64,000 nucleotides of DNA from Candidatus Gottesmanbacteria bacterium. Its GTDB lineage: Bacteria; Patescibacteriota; Microgenomatia; UBA10105; UBA927. Position 1 is the first letter of the stretch; every line of letters begins with the position of its first letter. Position numbers and translations under genes: made by a program. The stretch lies in the NCBI GenBank assembly GCA_023245355.1, contig JAHFKN010000001.1, positions 75,528 to 139,527 of the forward strand, read 5' to 3'. This document shows positions 8,520 through 17,718 of the stretch, in pieces. The notes under the pieces are model-generated. The model ran no database searches. It saw nothing but the letters and a program-made list of their open reading frames with translations, and was not told where the DNA came from.

Positions 8520-9368
8520 TTACGCCATGAGCGTATCCAGCGTCTTCTGACGCCTGATAAGGCTGGTCAGATAGTAGCGCTGATTCTCCAGATTCTTGCG
8601 TTCTTCTTCGGTTTTTGCTCCCCGGATCACTTTGGTGACTTCCTCTTCACTGGCCACGACCTGTTCTTTCTCGGAGATAGCTTCGAGCGCAAATTCCAGC
8701 GTCAGATTTTTGGCAGCCATCGACTTATATTCTTCACGGATGGAATCGGCAGTTTTTCCGGTAGAACCCAGATATTGGTCTACGGTAAGGCCTAATTTTT
8801 TGGTCTGATCAACCAGCAGCGAAAGCTGGTGCGTGACTTCGTGTTCCAGAAGAATTTCCGGAATATTTGCATCTACGGCAGTCAGCAGCCGTTCGAGTAC
8901 CTCGTCTACTGTCGGTCCTTTGGGCTTTTCCTCGGACGGATTGTCTTTGCCTGGAACGAATATTTTTTTCGTTTTTTCCGCCTTGAGGTCACTGATCGCT
9001 TTTTTGTAATCCTTGAGCGTTACGTTCGGCCGCTCACAGGTTTTGGCGGAAATGACCCAGTCTTTACCTTCCTGTGCATCTTTAAGTTCTACCTGCGGCA
9101 TCAGGATCGGTGCGATTTTGTGTTCCTGCACGGCATCTGTATAGGCTTTAGGTACCAGACGCTTAATCGTTTCTTCGTAGGTTTTCGTTTTGTCGATATT
9201 TTCTTCCACCATCTGCTTGGGCGCTTTGCCTTTTCGGAATCCTGCAATTTCTGCATTGCTTGCCGTTTCCGTTACGACGGTTTTATAGGTGTTCTGGATA
9301 TCAGCCCAGGGAATCGTTATCGTAAACTCTATCGTACCGTCGGGAGAGGTCGTCATTGTATTTTTCAT
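8520..9368 (-). CDS. tig: Short trigger factor-like chaperone (N-terminal ribosome-binding domain plus partial PPIase/C-domain)
   Basis: GFRKGKAP matches the trigger-factor GFRxGxxP ribosome-docking signature near the N-terminus. At 282 aa it is shorter than canonical TF. Confidence 0.55.
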   Translation of the reverse strand: MKNTMTTSPDGTIEFTITIPWADIQNTYKTVVTETASNAEIAGFRKGKAPKQMVEENIDKTKTYEETIKRLVPKAYTDAVQEHKIAPILMPQVELKDAQEGKDWVISAKTCERPNVTLKDYKKAISDLKAEKTKKIFVPGKDNPSEEKPKGPTVDEVLERLLTAVDANIPEILLEHEVTHQLSLLVDQTKKLGLTVDQYLGSTGKTADSIREEYKSMAAKNLTLEFALEAISEKEQVVASEEEVTKVIRGAKTEEERKNLENQRYYLTSLIRRQKTLDTLMA

Positions 9369-9413
9369 ACACGAAAGTGTACCACAGGCACGTATATTGC
9401 TGCAAAGGGGACA

Positions 9414-9896
9414 TTAATTTTTAAGATCCAATTCGATATCCAGAATAGGAGGCACCAGGGACGGATCCTGCAACGCGAACGTATTGAGGATTGCGGAAAA
9501 CGAGGCAATATCCTGGCTAAAACTTATGAATGCACTGGTTGTCGATATCCGTGACAAGTTGGGTTGTGGTGTAGGCGACGGCAGAATTGTCGGGGTAATC
9601 GCGGCCGGCTGTTCTACAGGGGCAGGGGCGCTGCTCCGGAGATACAGGTAGCCGAAAAGAAAGATCCCCAATGTCAGAATGGCAATGATCAGTATCATGA
9701 TATTTTTGTTTCCGATTGGATTAGCTGCTTTCTTAGGCGGCACCGGAGGCATAGGCGGTATCCCCGGGATAACCGGCGCGGTATCCGGGAGAGCTGTAAC
9801 AGGAGCAGCCGCGGCTGGCTGAGACTGTGCCGCCTGAGCTTCAGCCAGTGTCACCGGAGTTTTGGGATAGATAGGTGTTGTGTTTTCCATAATCAT
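9414..9896 (-). CDS. Pro/Ala-rich membrane protein (160 aa)
   Basis: Pro-rich N-terminal half (PVTALPDTAPVIPGIPPMPPVPP). One TM helix (IMILIIAILTLGIFLFGYLYL). Confidence 0.4.
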   Translation of the reverse strand: MIMENTTPIYPKTPVTLAEAQAAQSQPAAAAPVTALPDTAPVIPGIPPMPPVPPKKAANPIGNKNIMILIIAILTLGIFLFGYLYLRSSAPAPVEQPAAITPTILPSPTPQPNLSRISTTSAFISFSQDIASFSAILNTFALQDPSLVPPILDIELDLKN

Positions 9897-10697
9897 TTAC
9901 TCGTACCTTAACGCCGTTTCCAGCTCCTTAAGATACGACGATGCTTCAACCAGGTCTTGACGTGCTGCTCCGAAATTTATCTGCATCTGCTGGAACAGAC
10001 GGTCCTGCTGCATGACGTCGCCGCTAATTTTGGGAATACCGGAGCGAATCGTATTGGCTTTCTGCTGGTAAAGGCTGTATTTGTTGGAGAGTGTCAGTAA
10101 CCACCGGTCCAATACCGCCTGTTTTTCCGGTGTCGCGTCAACTCTGGCAGCATTTATCAGTGCCTGGGATTTGATGGCGAGTTCGTTAAAACGCTTGGCA
10201 AAATAATTGAGATACCCGAGCTCTATGCCTGCCACAGTTTGTCGGTACGCCGACTGCATGGTTTCATAATTATTTACGAATTGTTCCGATACGCGGCTGG
10301 CATCATCCAGTGATGCGATAGACGGAGCCAGTACCATGTTCTGGTCCAGATATCCCACCTGATTGGTGATGATGGTGCGGTATATGCCTAACTCATTGGA
10401 AATAAGTCCCGGGTTTTCCGTCAGCTTTTCGTTGAGGAACAGGAAATATGATTTGCCCGCGCTGGATCGCTGCGCGATAAGAAGTTTTACCTTATCAAGT
10501 GCGTCCTGCTGGCTTGCAAGCGAATTGAATTGCTTATACTGCGTCATGGCTATCTGGAAATCAGCAAGCCGCTGACGGTACAGATCAAACTGAAACTGAT
10601 AGTCCTGATACGCTTGTTGTGATGATGCGTTTGCCTGTGACAGCGGGGCTGCGATGAAACAGAAAACCAGGAGAAAAACGGACAGTAACTTCTTCAC
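9897..10697 (-). CDS. Secreted hypothetical protein (266 aa) with signal peptide
   Basis: MKKLLSVFLLVFCFIAAPLSQANA is a signal peptide. No catalytic motif was recognised. Confidence 0.45.
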   Translation of the reverse strand: MKKLLSVFLLVFCFIAAPLSQANASSQQAYQDYQFQFDLYRQRLADFQIAMTQYKQFNSLASQQDALDKVKLLIAQRSSAGKSYFLFLNEKLTENPGLISNELGIYRTIITNQVGYLDQNMVLAPSIASLDDASRVSEQFVNNYETMQSAYRQTVAGIELGYLNYFAKRFNELAIKSQALINAARVDATPEKQAVLDRWLLTLSNKYSLYQQKANTIRSGIPKISGDVMQQDRLFQQMQINFGAARQDLVEASSYLKELETALRYE

Positions 10698-10736
10698 CTG
10701 ATTATCGTATCATTGGTGTGTTTCGGGGGCAATGGG

Positions 10737-10804
10737 TGCCGCTGAGAGGACTTGAACCTCTAAGCCTTACGGCATCCCGATCTGATCGGGACGTGTCTGT
10801 CGTG
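10737..10804 (-). pseudogene. 5'-truncated tRNA-Leu(CAG) fragment (anticodon arm, long variable arm, T arm, 3' acceptor strand; no 5' acceptor strand or D arm)
   Basis: Minus strand: ...CAGACACG TCCCG ATCAGAT CGGGA TGCCGTAAGGCTT AGAGG TTCAAGT CCTCT CAGCGGC A. The partner strand GCCGCTG is absent. The fragment abuts the 3' end of tRNA-Leu(UAG) with no spacer. Its 32 nt GCCGTAAGGCTTAGAGGTTCAAGTCCTCTCA are identical to tRNA-Leu(GAG) at 40820-40901. Confidence 0.6.
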
Positions 10805-10886
10805 TGCTCCCGAGAGGAATCGAACCTCTAAGGGTTACCCCATACGCTCCTAAAGCGTACGCGTCTGCCAATTTCGCCACGGGAGC
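10805..10886 (-). tRNA. tRNA-Leu(UAG)
   Basis: GCTCCCG...TACGC TTTAGGA GCGTA, a long variable arm, AGAGG TTCGATT CCTCT, then CGGGAGC A. The acceptor stem pairs perfectly. Confidence 0.75.
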
Positions 10887-10927
10887 CCTTTATAAATTAA
10901 TGAGGGCAATGGGTATTATACCCCGCT

Positions 10928-11476
10928 TTAGATGGTGACATCTAGGTGTTCCACACGGTTCGGTTCAAAGGCTTCTATTTTCTGAAGAAAGAACCGTACT
11001 TTCGTACTCCACGTAGGAGAGGCTGCATAGATGCGGCCCATTTGTTCGACAGACGTTGCACCGCGGTCTACATAGCGGTATTTGAGTCCTTCAGAAACTT
11101 TCGTGATACCGTCGTTCCAATCTTTAAAATGGATACCATCAGACTGTCCGGTAAACACGCCCCATCCCCACCCGTTATATGAGTTGGCGGGTATATGTTT
11201 TCCGAAAGTAGACTCCACTCCTGCAATGGCTGCAACGAGCTTCCAGTCCAGGCCAAGCCTGTCAGCCTCGGCCACAAAATGGCTGGCAGATTCCGACATG
11301 GGTGAGCCATGTGTTTCAAGAAATTTCTTAAGGTGGGTAACACGCTGATCCTCTGCTTTGACGACCGCGTTCGGCGTGGCAGAGGCCTCTGAAATCAGAG
11401 GTGCGGCAGCCATGACCGGACCGGCCGATATGGCATAGATAATGAAGCTGATTGCTATAGGTATAATATGTTTCAT
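10928..11476 (-). CDS. Secreted peptidoglycan-hydrolase-like protein (glucosaminidase/SLT-like E-S motif), paralogue A
   Basis: Signal peptide present. AIAGVESTFGKHIPANSYNGWGWGVF resembles muramidase/glucosaminidase catalytic regions. It is paralogous to 11797-12390 (YGIDYRLVPAIAMCESNVGK...NAWGISV). Confidence 0.4.
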   Translation of the reverse strand: MKHIIPIAISFIIYAISAGPVMAAAPLISEASATPNAVVKAEDQRVTHLKKFLETHGSPMSESASHFVAEADRLGLDWKLVAAIAGVESTFGKHIPANSYNGWGWGVFTGQSDGIHFKDWNDGITKVSEGLKYRYVDRGATSVEQMGRIYAASPTWSTKVRFFLQKIEAFEPNRVEHLDVTI

Positions 11477-11796
11477 ATTCTTGCCTCACATCAGTCCCCC
11501 GACCATATCGAGGAAACAAGGTGAGAAAAGAGATTATTCTGGCCTCATCTGTGGGTGAGGCTCACGGGGCTGAAACTGAAGCTAAATTGAGTCTGGTTAA
11601 CGGATACTCAAGGGGCAGTCTTGAGTAGCCATTAATAACCCTAAAGCAAGCTATGGTTTAGGTAGCAAACCTTAGGATCTAACTGGGAAGTATAGCCTAT
11701 AATAACTGGCTTGTCAAGTCCTATGGGATATTATGGATATTGAGTGGATAACGTCAATACGGGGTTATATACACTATTATAGCTCGCTATGGGTTA
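11477..11796 (-). promoter_or_regulatory. 320-nt intergenic leader with two tandem sigma70-like promoters (minus strand: TTGACG-N17-ATAATA; TTGACA-N17-TATACT) and about a 200-nt structured 5'UTR upstream of PG-hydrolase paralogue A
   Basis: The -35/-10 hexamers were read from the reverse complement of 11700-11760. The long GC-punctuated UTR contains GGGG/CCCC-pairing segments (ccccgtgagcctcaccc, ggtcggggga). Confidence 0.4.
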
Positions 11797-12390
11797 TTAT
11801 TGAATCTCCTCCATAAATTGACCTACGCAATTAGCCCATGAATTTCCGTTTGCTACTGAGGGAGGTGCGTATATTGCGCCGATATCGACAAGATCCGTAA
11901 TGCCGCGGGCAAAATACTTTTCCTTAAGATAGCGGGATACCCAGTCGATTGCGTACAGCCAGTTGGGAAATTTAGCTCCGCTTATCTCCCCTGTTTCGAC
12001 GCTTATACCCCATGCATTATGTGAGTCTTTGCTTGGCATCCGTTTCCCGACATTGCTTTCACACATTGCTATCGCAGGAACCAAACGGTAGTCGATCCCG
12101 TAATACTGCGCCCGGTCCAGGATATAGTCTGCGTATTCAAGGAGCGGTGACTGATGAAGTTTGAGGAATCTCATAAGCAGCAATGCGCGTGCATCGCCGG
12201 CCGTAACCGTAGCCCCCAAAACCTGTTCGGTGCCGTAAGAGGTCGCGGCAATTTTAAGCGGCGGCAGTTGTGTAAGCGGTTGGTTCGCATGTGCCTTGTT
12301 GGTAAGCGAAATCAGTAAGGAAAGATTTATCGTGAGAAGGCATAACGTGAGTGGAAACCAGCACAACGCTATGAGGAGTTTTCGAGTCAT
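11797..12390 (-). CDS. Secreted peptidoglycan-hydrolase-like protein, paralogue B
   Basis: N-terminal TM/signal segment. Its central region is conserved with paralogue A (CESNVGK, NAWGISVETG). Confidence 0.4.
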   Translation of the reverse strand: MTRKLLIALCWFPLTLCLLTINLSLLISLTNKAHANQPLTQLPPLKIAATSYGTEQVLGATVTAGDARALLLMRFLKLHQSPLLEYADYILDRAQYYGIDYRLVPAIAMCESNVGKRMPSKDSHNAWGISVETGEISGAKFPNWLYAIDWVSRYLKEKYFARGITDLVDIGAIYAPPSVANGNSWANCVGQFMEEIQ

Positions 12391-12437
12391 ATATGTATAC
12401 TGACAGGTAGTATGCGGGCTGTCAAATGAGCCTTAAG

Positions 12438-13172
12438 TTATACACGGAAGAACGTGCCGACTATATACGCGACCGATGCGGAGACTCCGCCGACAAGCAG
12501 CGTTTCGAGGATACCCCGCAGCGGTTTTTGCCTGGAAATCGCAGCGCGAAGCAGCCCTAAAAGGAGGAGAGCGAGTGCGGTAAATATGACGGAAATGGAA
12601 AAATCACTGTTGCCCATCCGGAGTATAAACGGGATCAGCGGAATACATCCGAAAAATACAAATGAGATGAATGTGTACACGGCAACCTGCACCGGGTTTT
12701 CACCTTCCGGGTTTGTCATTTCCAGTTCGTCTTTCATCATAAACTCCGTCCAATAATGCGGATTGCGGCGGTAGATAGCAGCAAGTGTCGTAGCATCTTT
12801 TTGGGAGAACTGTTTACGTTTAAGGATCTCGATTGTTTCATGGTATTCGCTCTCCGGAGAATGAAGAATTTCATGATGTTCTTTGGATTTTTCGCCTTTG
12901 TATATGTCCTGATCCGCACGCAGCGACAGGAAACTTCCGAGCGACATCGAAAATCCGTCCGCAAAAAGATTCGCGAGTCCGAATAATAAAACGGAAACAA
13001 CCGGGACTGCGCCGGAGGTCAGATCCTTTTGTGCACCTGCAAAGCCGGCTACGACGGCGAATGTGGTGACGATTCCGTCATTACCGCCGTATACGATTTC
13101 CCGAAGATACTGGGAGAACGCGGTGCGCTTGTGCTCCAGACGTAAGTGTTCTTCCAAATTAAATTTCACCAT
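12438..13172 (-). CDS. VIT1/CCC1-family membrane (iron/manganese) transporter
   Basis: GGNDGIVTTFAVVAGFAGA matches the VIT-family signature. There are multiple C-terminal TM helices. Confidence 0.6.
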   Translation of the reverse strand: MVKFNLEEHLRLEHKRTAFSQYLREIVYGGNDGIVTTFAVVAGFAGAQKDLTSGAVPVVSVLLFGLANLFADGFSMSLGSFLSLRADQDIYKGEKSKEHHEILHSPESEYHETIEILKRKQFSQKDATTLAAIYRRNPHYWTEFMMKDELEMTNPEGENPVQVAVYTFISFVFFGCIPLIPFILRMGNSDFSISVIFTALALLLLGLLRAAISRQKPLRGILETLLVGGVSASVAYIVGTFFRV

Positions 13173-13179
13173 ATATGTG

Positions 13180-13252
13180 TGAGCGCAGGAGGAATCGAAC
13201 CTCCAACCGACTCCTTAAGAGGGAGTTGCTCTGCCAATTGAGCTATGCGCCC
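13180..13252 (-). tRNA. tRNA-Lys(CUU)
   Basis: GGGCGCA TA GCTC...ACTCC CTCTTAA GGAGT...GGAGG TTCGATT CCTCC TGCGCTC A. Confidence 0.75.
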
Positions 13253-13267
13253 TATTTATTGTCCTTG

Positions 13268-13339
13268 CGCCCTTGGAGGGAATCGAACCCCCATCACCTG
13301 TTCCGAAGACAGGCACTTTATCCATTAAGCTACAAGGGC
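13268..13339 (-). tRNA. tRNA-Arg(UCG)
   Basis: GCCCTTG TA GCTT...CCTGT CTTCGGA ACAGG...GGGGG TTCGATT CCCTC CAAGGGC G. Confidence 0.7.
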
Positions 13340-13342
13340 AAG

Positions 13343-13421
13343 TGGGGTGGCTGAGCGGATTCGAACCGCCGACATTCTGCTCCACAGGCAGACGCTCTAA
13401 CCAGGCTGAGCTACAGCCACC
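13343..13421 (-). tRNA. tRNA-His(GUG) with encoded G-1 and CCA
   Basis: G-1 followed by GTGGCTG...TCTGC CTGTGGA GCAGA...GGCGG TTCGAAT CCGCT CAGCCAC C CCA. The C73 discriminator and G-1 are typical of His. Confidence 0.75.
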
Positions 13422-13485
13422 AACGTATGATATTGTACCTTATTTATAGCGTATTTGCATTCAGCGGCGGTCAGAGCGACAGGTG

Positions 13486-15201
13486 TTACGGGCTGACAAA
13501 AAGAGAGGCGATGAAGTTCGGTTGTAATTTGATAAGCGCGAACAAGTCCCCCGTTGTAAGTGCTCCGTCCTGATCGAAATCTAAAGGAAAAAGCCTGGGC
13601 ATGACAACGTGCGTTGTGTCTGCGGCAAGCGGAACAATGAGTTGCCGTGGCAGATAATACGGCACAAGCACGACCACACGGTAGTTATTTCCGGGTACGA
13701 CATTACGCAAATCCCCTATGGTTGCTTTACCGTTTACCACCTGCACGCCGGGTATCTTATGAATAAGCGCGTTGTGATCGTACACGAGAACCGTCGCATT
13801 TGACGTCACATTATCTTTGCGCCATCCCAACTGTACGGTGATGCTGACTGACGGCGGAGGAACTAACGTAAGCGTGCCCGCTTCCAGCATAATAGATCTG
13901 CCGAAATGCCGGAGGTTTATTTCATACGGATATTCTCCGGGAGTATTTGGTGTTTCCATGTGAAGCGCAAGTGTGCCGTATTGGCCGGGTTCCATCACCG
14001 GAAGGGGTTCCCGTACGGTTACAAATTTAGGTGTCGTTACCAGTTCCACCGTGTACGCGCCTCCCTGTTCTGACAGTATGCCCTGCCCTTCGTTTTTGAG
14101 AAGCGCGGACAGTACATAGGTAGAGCCGGCGACAAGGGATTTCGGCAGTAGCGGATGTTCCAGGGAATATTTTTCCCGCTGGAACGGCTGGCCCTCAAAT
14201 TTGCCGATTTGCTGGTACATCGCATAGTGCGGGTAGTAATCGGAGCTGCCTAACTTTTTCCAGGAAAAGTGATCAAACGGCAATCCCTGGTAATTTAATA
14301 CAAACGGGGTGACCGCGACGACACCGGGATCGTTCCAGATTTGGGCGGCTGCTATCGCCATGTTGAATCCGACCTGGACCGAAGAAAGCAGCCCGGTATT
14401 TTGCTGCACGCCTTCACTATGAACCCATCCGGTTTCCGTGATGAATACAGGTAGGCTTTTTTTAAGTCCCAACTGCCGCAAATAGTCACGTTCCCAGAGG
14501 AAGCTGCGGAGCGTGCCGCGGCCAATAGCGCCGACGGATCCGGAAAATGCAGGATTCGGATATGAATGGGACGTCCAGCCGTCCAGGGATTCGAACAGGG
14601 AAGGTTCTGCTTTCAGCATGCGGGATAGATACTGAGCCGCATCCAGAGACTTGCCGTCGGAAGCGGCCGATACGTCCAGGCCGGCCGGCAGGATAAAAAA
14701 ATCTTCCGATGTTTTTTTGAGCTCACTGGCATAGGAAACGAGGGTATGTGCATAGTCCTCGGGATCCAGCGTTCTTCCCCACTCGTTTGCATGGTTCGGC
14801 TCGTTATAGATGATGACATATCTGTTCTCAATCGGCCAATTGAGGGCATTGAGGAATCTCGCCCAGTCGGATGCCGAATCTTTATACGGCTTTGTCCATG
14901 CGTCGCCGTCGATGTGGGTTGCCAGACGCACAACCGGAATAAGATGAAATGCCCGCATTTCGTTGAATATCCGCTGCCATTTCCCTGCATCCCTGTCATC
15001 GTCCTGCATGACAAGCGTGACGTATCCCCAATCGCCTTTTGTGCTGTTTACGAGTTTTGCCGCATCCGACAGATCATTCGGGTCAACAATGTGGATTCCG
15101 AATTTGTTATTGGGTACCGTAAGCGGATCATATTTGGCTGATGCCTGGCTGACGAACAGAAAAAATACGATAGCGAGACTAATGAATCTGATGCTCTTCA
15201 T
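13486..15201 (-). CDS. Secreted glycoside hydrolase, GH5-like TIM-barrel (NEP motif) with C-terminal beta-rich/dockerin-like tail
   Basis: Signal peptide present. IIYNEPNHANEWG matches the GH5-type NEP acid/base motif. The C-terminus contains DFDQDGALTTGDLFALIKL, which is dockerin/EF-hand-like. Confidence 0.5.
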   Translation of the reverse strand: MKSIRFISLAIVFFLFVSQASAKYDPLTVPNNKFGIHIVDPNDLSDAAKLVNSTKGDWGYVTLVMQDDDRDAGKWQRIFNEMRAFHLIPVVRLATHIDGDAWTKPYKDSASDWARFLNALNWPIENRYVIIYNEPNHANEWGRTLDPEDYAHTLVSYASELKKTSEDFFILPAGLDVSAASDGKSLDAAQYLSRMLKAEPSLFESLDGWTSHSYPNPAFSGSVGAIGRGTLRSFLWERDYLRQLGLKKSLPVFITETGWVHSEGVQQNTGLLSSVQVGFNMAIAAAQIWNDPGVVAVTPFVLNYQGLPFDHFSWKKLGSSDYYPHYAMYQQIGKFEGQPFQREKYSLEHPLLPKSLVAGSTYVLSALLKNEGQGILSEQGGAYTVELVTTPKFVTVREPLPVMEPGQYGTLALHMETPNTPGEYPYEINLRHFGRSIMLEAGTLTLVPPPSVSITVQLGWRKDNVTSNATVLVYDHNALIHKIPGVQVVNGKATIGDLRNVVPGNNYRVVVLVPYYLPRQLIVPLAADTTHVVMPRLFPLDFDQDGALTTGDLFALIKLQPNFIASLFVSP

Positions 15202-15236
15202 GTGGAAGAAAATGGTATATGTCTTTATCCTTTTTG

Positions 15237-15309
15237 CGCCCCAGGAGGGAATCGAACCCCCAACCTTATCGTTAGAACCGATCTGCTCTGTCCGTTGAGC
15301 TACTGGGGC
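15237..15309 (-). tRNA. tRNA-Arg(UCU)
   Basis: GCCCCAG TA GCTC AACGGACA GAGC A GATCG GTTCTAA CGATA...GGGGG TTCGATT CCCTC CTGGGGC G. The anticodon assignment is tentative because of a 27-43 mismatch. Confidence 0.6.
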
Positions 15310-15351
15310 ATCAACGTGATCCTAGGGGATATTGTACCAAAGCCGGGCGGT

Positions 15352-17061
15352 CTAATGAAGTTCTGCCCGCCGGTCCTTAAGATATTGACTCCAGTTTTCG
15401 ATAAAGTCGAAGACGACGACCATGGGAGTTTCGATAAGAAATGTAAAAAGAATTGCGATAATGTTGTACTCTTTCCATTTTGCAGCCAGGATTGCGCCGA
15501 CTCTGGCAATCGGAACGGAAAGCATATCGAGGAAAAATTCCCATACGGGAGTTTTGTCGTCTACGGATAATTCCTTGGATTTGTTGCGGATGCCGACCGC
15601 CGCAAAGAACGTCAGCGCTATCGTAAACGTATCAAAGACGACGGATGTGATCGGTAATTTGGCAATATAAAATACGTATCCGACTCCGCCCAACACGCCG
15701 AACATCATGACCAGATACAGAACGCCGACGATAAGTTTGAACATGGGGTTCCTGCGTTGTACCAGATATACGTCATACAATTTTTTCTTCTCATCTGCAT
15801 AGACAGACTGATATACGGCTGTCAGCACGCGCTCCAGGTTTTCTGCCGGAGGAGGCCGGATAATGGATACGAGAGCAAACATGACGACGCTCGGCACGAC
15901 AAAATCAATAATCGTGGTAAAGAGGTTAAACCCTTCGTAGAAAAGACTGGCAAGCGGGATTTCCACGATAAAAAACGTTACCCAGTTGGATAAAAATACC
16001 GAGAGGGTGGAAAATATTGCCAGACGGAACAGTCTGCTTTTTAATGAGAGGTATCGTTTGTTATATGCCGTCGTGATTTCTTCCGACAATTTGGTTTTAT
16101 CAGAAAGAATTGCCTCTACCTTGAGCGGTGCTTCTTTGTGGAGATCAAGCACGTCTCCTAACAGCATATAGACCGTGTCGATACGCTCAGCAATCGTATA
16201 GAGCTGGCGGCTGACGGCGTGTTCCAGTACTTTGTCGCTGTGAATCCAGATGGACGGGATATCCGTCGCGAGTTTGTCTTTCAGTTCCTGCGAGGGGGTA
16301 AACCAGTCTGCATACGTGAACTTGAGAAGCTGCGCGATGATGAAACTGTCATCCAGATCAAACAGTGTGCGGCTGGCTGCGATAAATACGTTGGTGCGCT
16401 TTTCCTCGTCCGGTACGCTTCCTTCCGGCATGATGCGTATACGGCTGTTTAACGTCTGTGTCATGGCCTCAAGCAATACACGCTCTTTTACGGGGTTGGT
16501 AAGAATGTCTTCGATGTCTACAGCGGCCAGTTCGATGATGAAATACGTAAAGTTAATCTTGCGTTTAAGAGGGATAAGTTCCGTTGTCGGAAACTTCGCG
16601 TGCTTTAGTACATACAGGTATTTATCCAGTACGGCCTGTACCAGCTCGACGTGCTCCTGCGGTACTTCGTCATTTAACAGATGGCCGCCCCGTATGAGGT
16701 CTGCCGTCACGGAATAAGCGACGCGATAGCTGTCAATATCCGGCCGTGTGGTGACGCCCGTAAGTTTGGGAAATAATGTGCGTTTGAGGGAGCGTTCTAT
16801 GGCGCTCCTGCGCAACACATTGTCTTCTTTCCAATCGATAACTTTTCTGATCTGTTCATAAAATTTGGCGATATGGGAAGCGATTTCATCGACATGAATC
16901 GGGGTCATCGGTTTTTTACCTGACTGAATCCCCTCTGCGTATGCTGCGGCCAGATGTTGTATTTCCGGAATGAGCGGATGTAAATCCTCGACCGGCTCAT
17001 CATGAGCATCAGACGTGTGGTTTGATTGCGGTGCGTGTTCCTGGTTTGGTTCGGTAGACAT
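15352..17061 (-). CDS. Hypothetical membrane protein (soluble N-domain, about 6 C-terminal TM helices)
   Basis: 569-aa ORF. The hydrophobic C-terminal third has multiple TM segments. No motif was recognised. Confidence 0.4.
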   Translation of the reverse strand: MSTEPNQEHAPQSNHTSDAHDEPVEDLHPLIPEIQHLAAAYAEGIQSGKKPMTPIHVDEIASHIAKFYEQIRKVIDWKEDNVLRRSAIERSLKRTLFPKLTGVTTRPDIDSYRVAYSVTADLIRGGHLLNDEVPQEHVELVQAVLDKYLYVLKHAKFPTTELIPLKRKINFTYFIIELAAVDIEDILTNPVKERVLLEAMTQTLNSRIRIMPEGSVPDEEKRTNVFIAASRTLFDLDDSFIIAQLLKFTYADWFTPSQELKDKLATDIPSIWIHSDKVLEHAVSRQLYTIAERIDTVYMLLGDVLDLHKEAPLKVEAILSDKTKLSEEITTAYNKRYLSLKSRLFRLAIFSTLSVFLSNWVTFFIVEIPLASLFYEGFNLFTTIIDFVVPSVVMFALVSIIRPPPAENLERVLTAVYQSVYADEKKKLYDVYLVQRRNPMFKLIVGVLYLVMMFGVLGGVGYVFYIAKLPITSVVFDTFTIALTFFAAVGIRNKSKELSVDDKTPVWEFFLDMLSVPIARVGAILAAKWKEYNIIAILFTFLIETPMVVVFDFIENWSQYLKDRRAELH

Positions 17062-17098
17062 ACATGATGCCGGAACTGTGCGGCCGGCTGACTACAAC

Positions 17099-17172
17099 TG
17101 GAGCGGATGAAGGGAATCGAACCCTCGTCACCAGTTTGGAAAACTGGCGCTCTACCATTGAGCTACACCCGC
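17099..17172 (-). tRNA. tRNA-Gly(UCC) with encoded CCA
   Basis: GCGGGTG TA GCTC AATGGTA GAGC G CCAGT TTTCCAA ACTGG...AGGG TTCGATT CCCT CATCCGC T CCA. Confidence 0.75.
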
Positions 17173-17262
17173 CTCGCGTCGGCGAGCTCCTCGAGTCGAG
17201 GCGGGCCCGCAACAAACGACTGTATAATTATATCGTGTTTTTTCTATCAATGCGAACCTACA

Positions 17263-17718
17263 TCACCGGTCGATGAATTCGACCGCGTCGCCGATACGTA
17301 TTCCCGTGCGCTGTACCGTGCCCGCATTTACTTCCAGTACTTTGTTTATTTCAACCCCGGGCTTTACGATGATAGGAGATTCTGCTGCTTTCGGCGGAGG
17401 GACGTTTTCCGTAATATCCGCAATACGGTTCCCGTCAATCCATATGAAATCCAGGGGAATGAGCATGCCGCGCATCCAGAAATTGTATTGTTCCTTATGG
17501 TCATAGGGAAACAGCATGCCGTGCCCGTCCGCAAGTGTTTGGCGTCCACCCAACCCTTTTTGTTTCTGAGCTTCCGTTGCCGCCACTTCGACGGTGATGA
17601 CGGTACTGCCTATCCGCACTTTGGAAACCAGAGGATGGGACCGGTAATATACACCGAAACCGATAAGTACAAACGCAAGCGTGATGATATGCCAACGCTT
17701 CATAATCTTATTTATCAC
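17263..17718 (-). CDS. DUF192-family protein (COG1430-like), N-terminal TM
   Basis: GHGMLFPYDHKEQYNFWMRGMLIPLDFIWIDGN is characteristic of DUF192. Confidence 0.5.
   Translation of the reverse strand: MINKIMKRWHIITLAFVLIGFGVYYRSHPLVSKVRIGSTVITVEVAATEAQKQKGLGGRQTLADGHGMLFPYDHKEQYNFWMRGMLIPLDFIWIDGNRIADITENVPPPKAAESPIIVKPGVEINKVLEVNAGTVQRTGIRIGDAVEFIDR

Noticed and set aside
8829-9554. 241-aa plus-strand ORF
   Set aside because: Antisense to the trigger-factor gene. It has low-complexity Phe/Arg-rich composition and no RBS or context.
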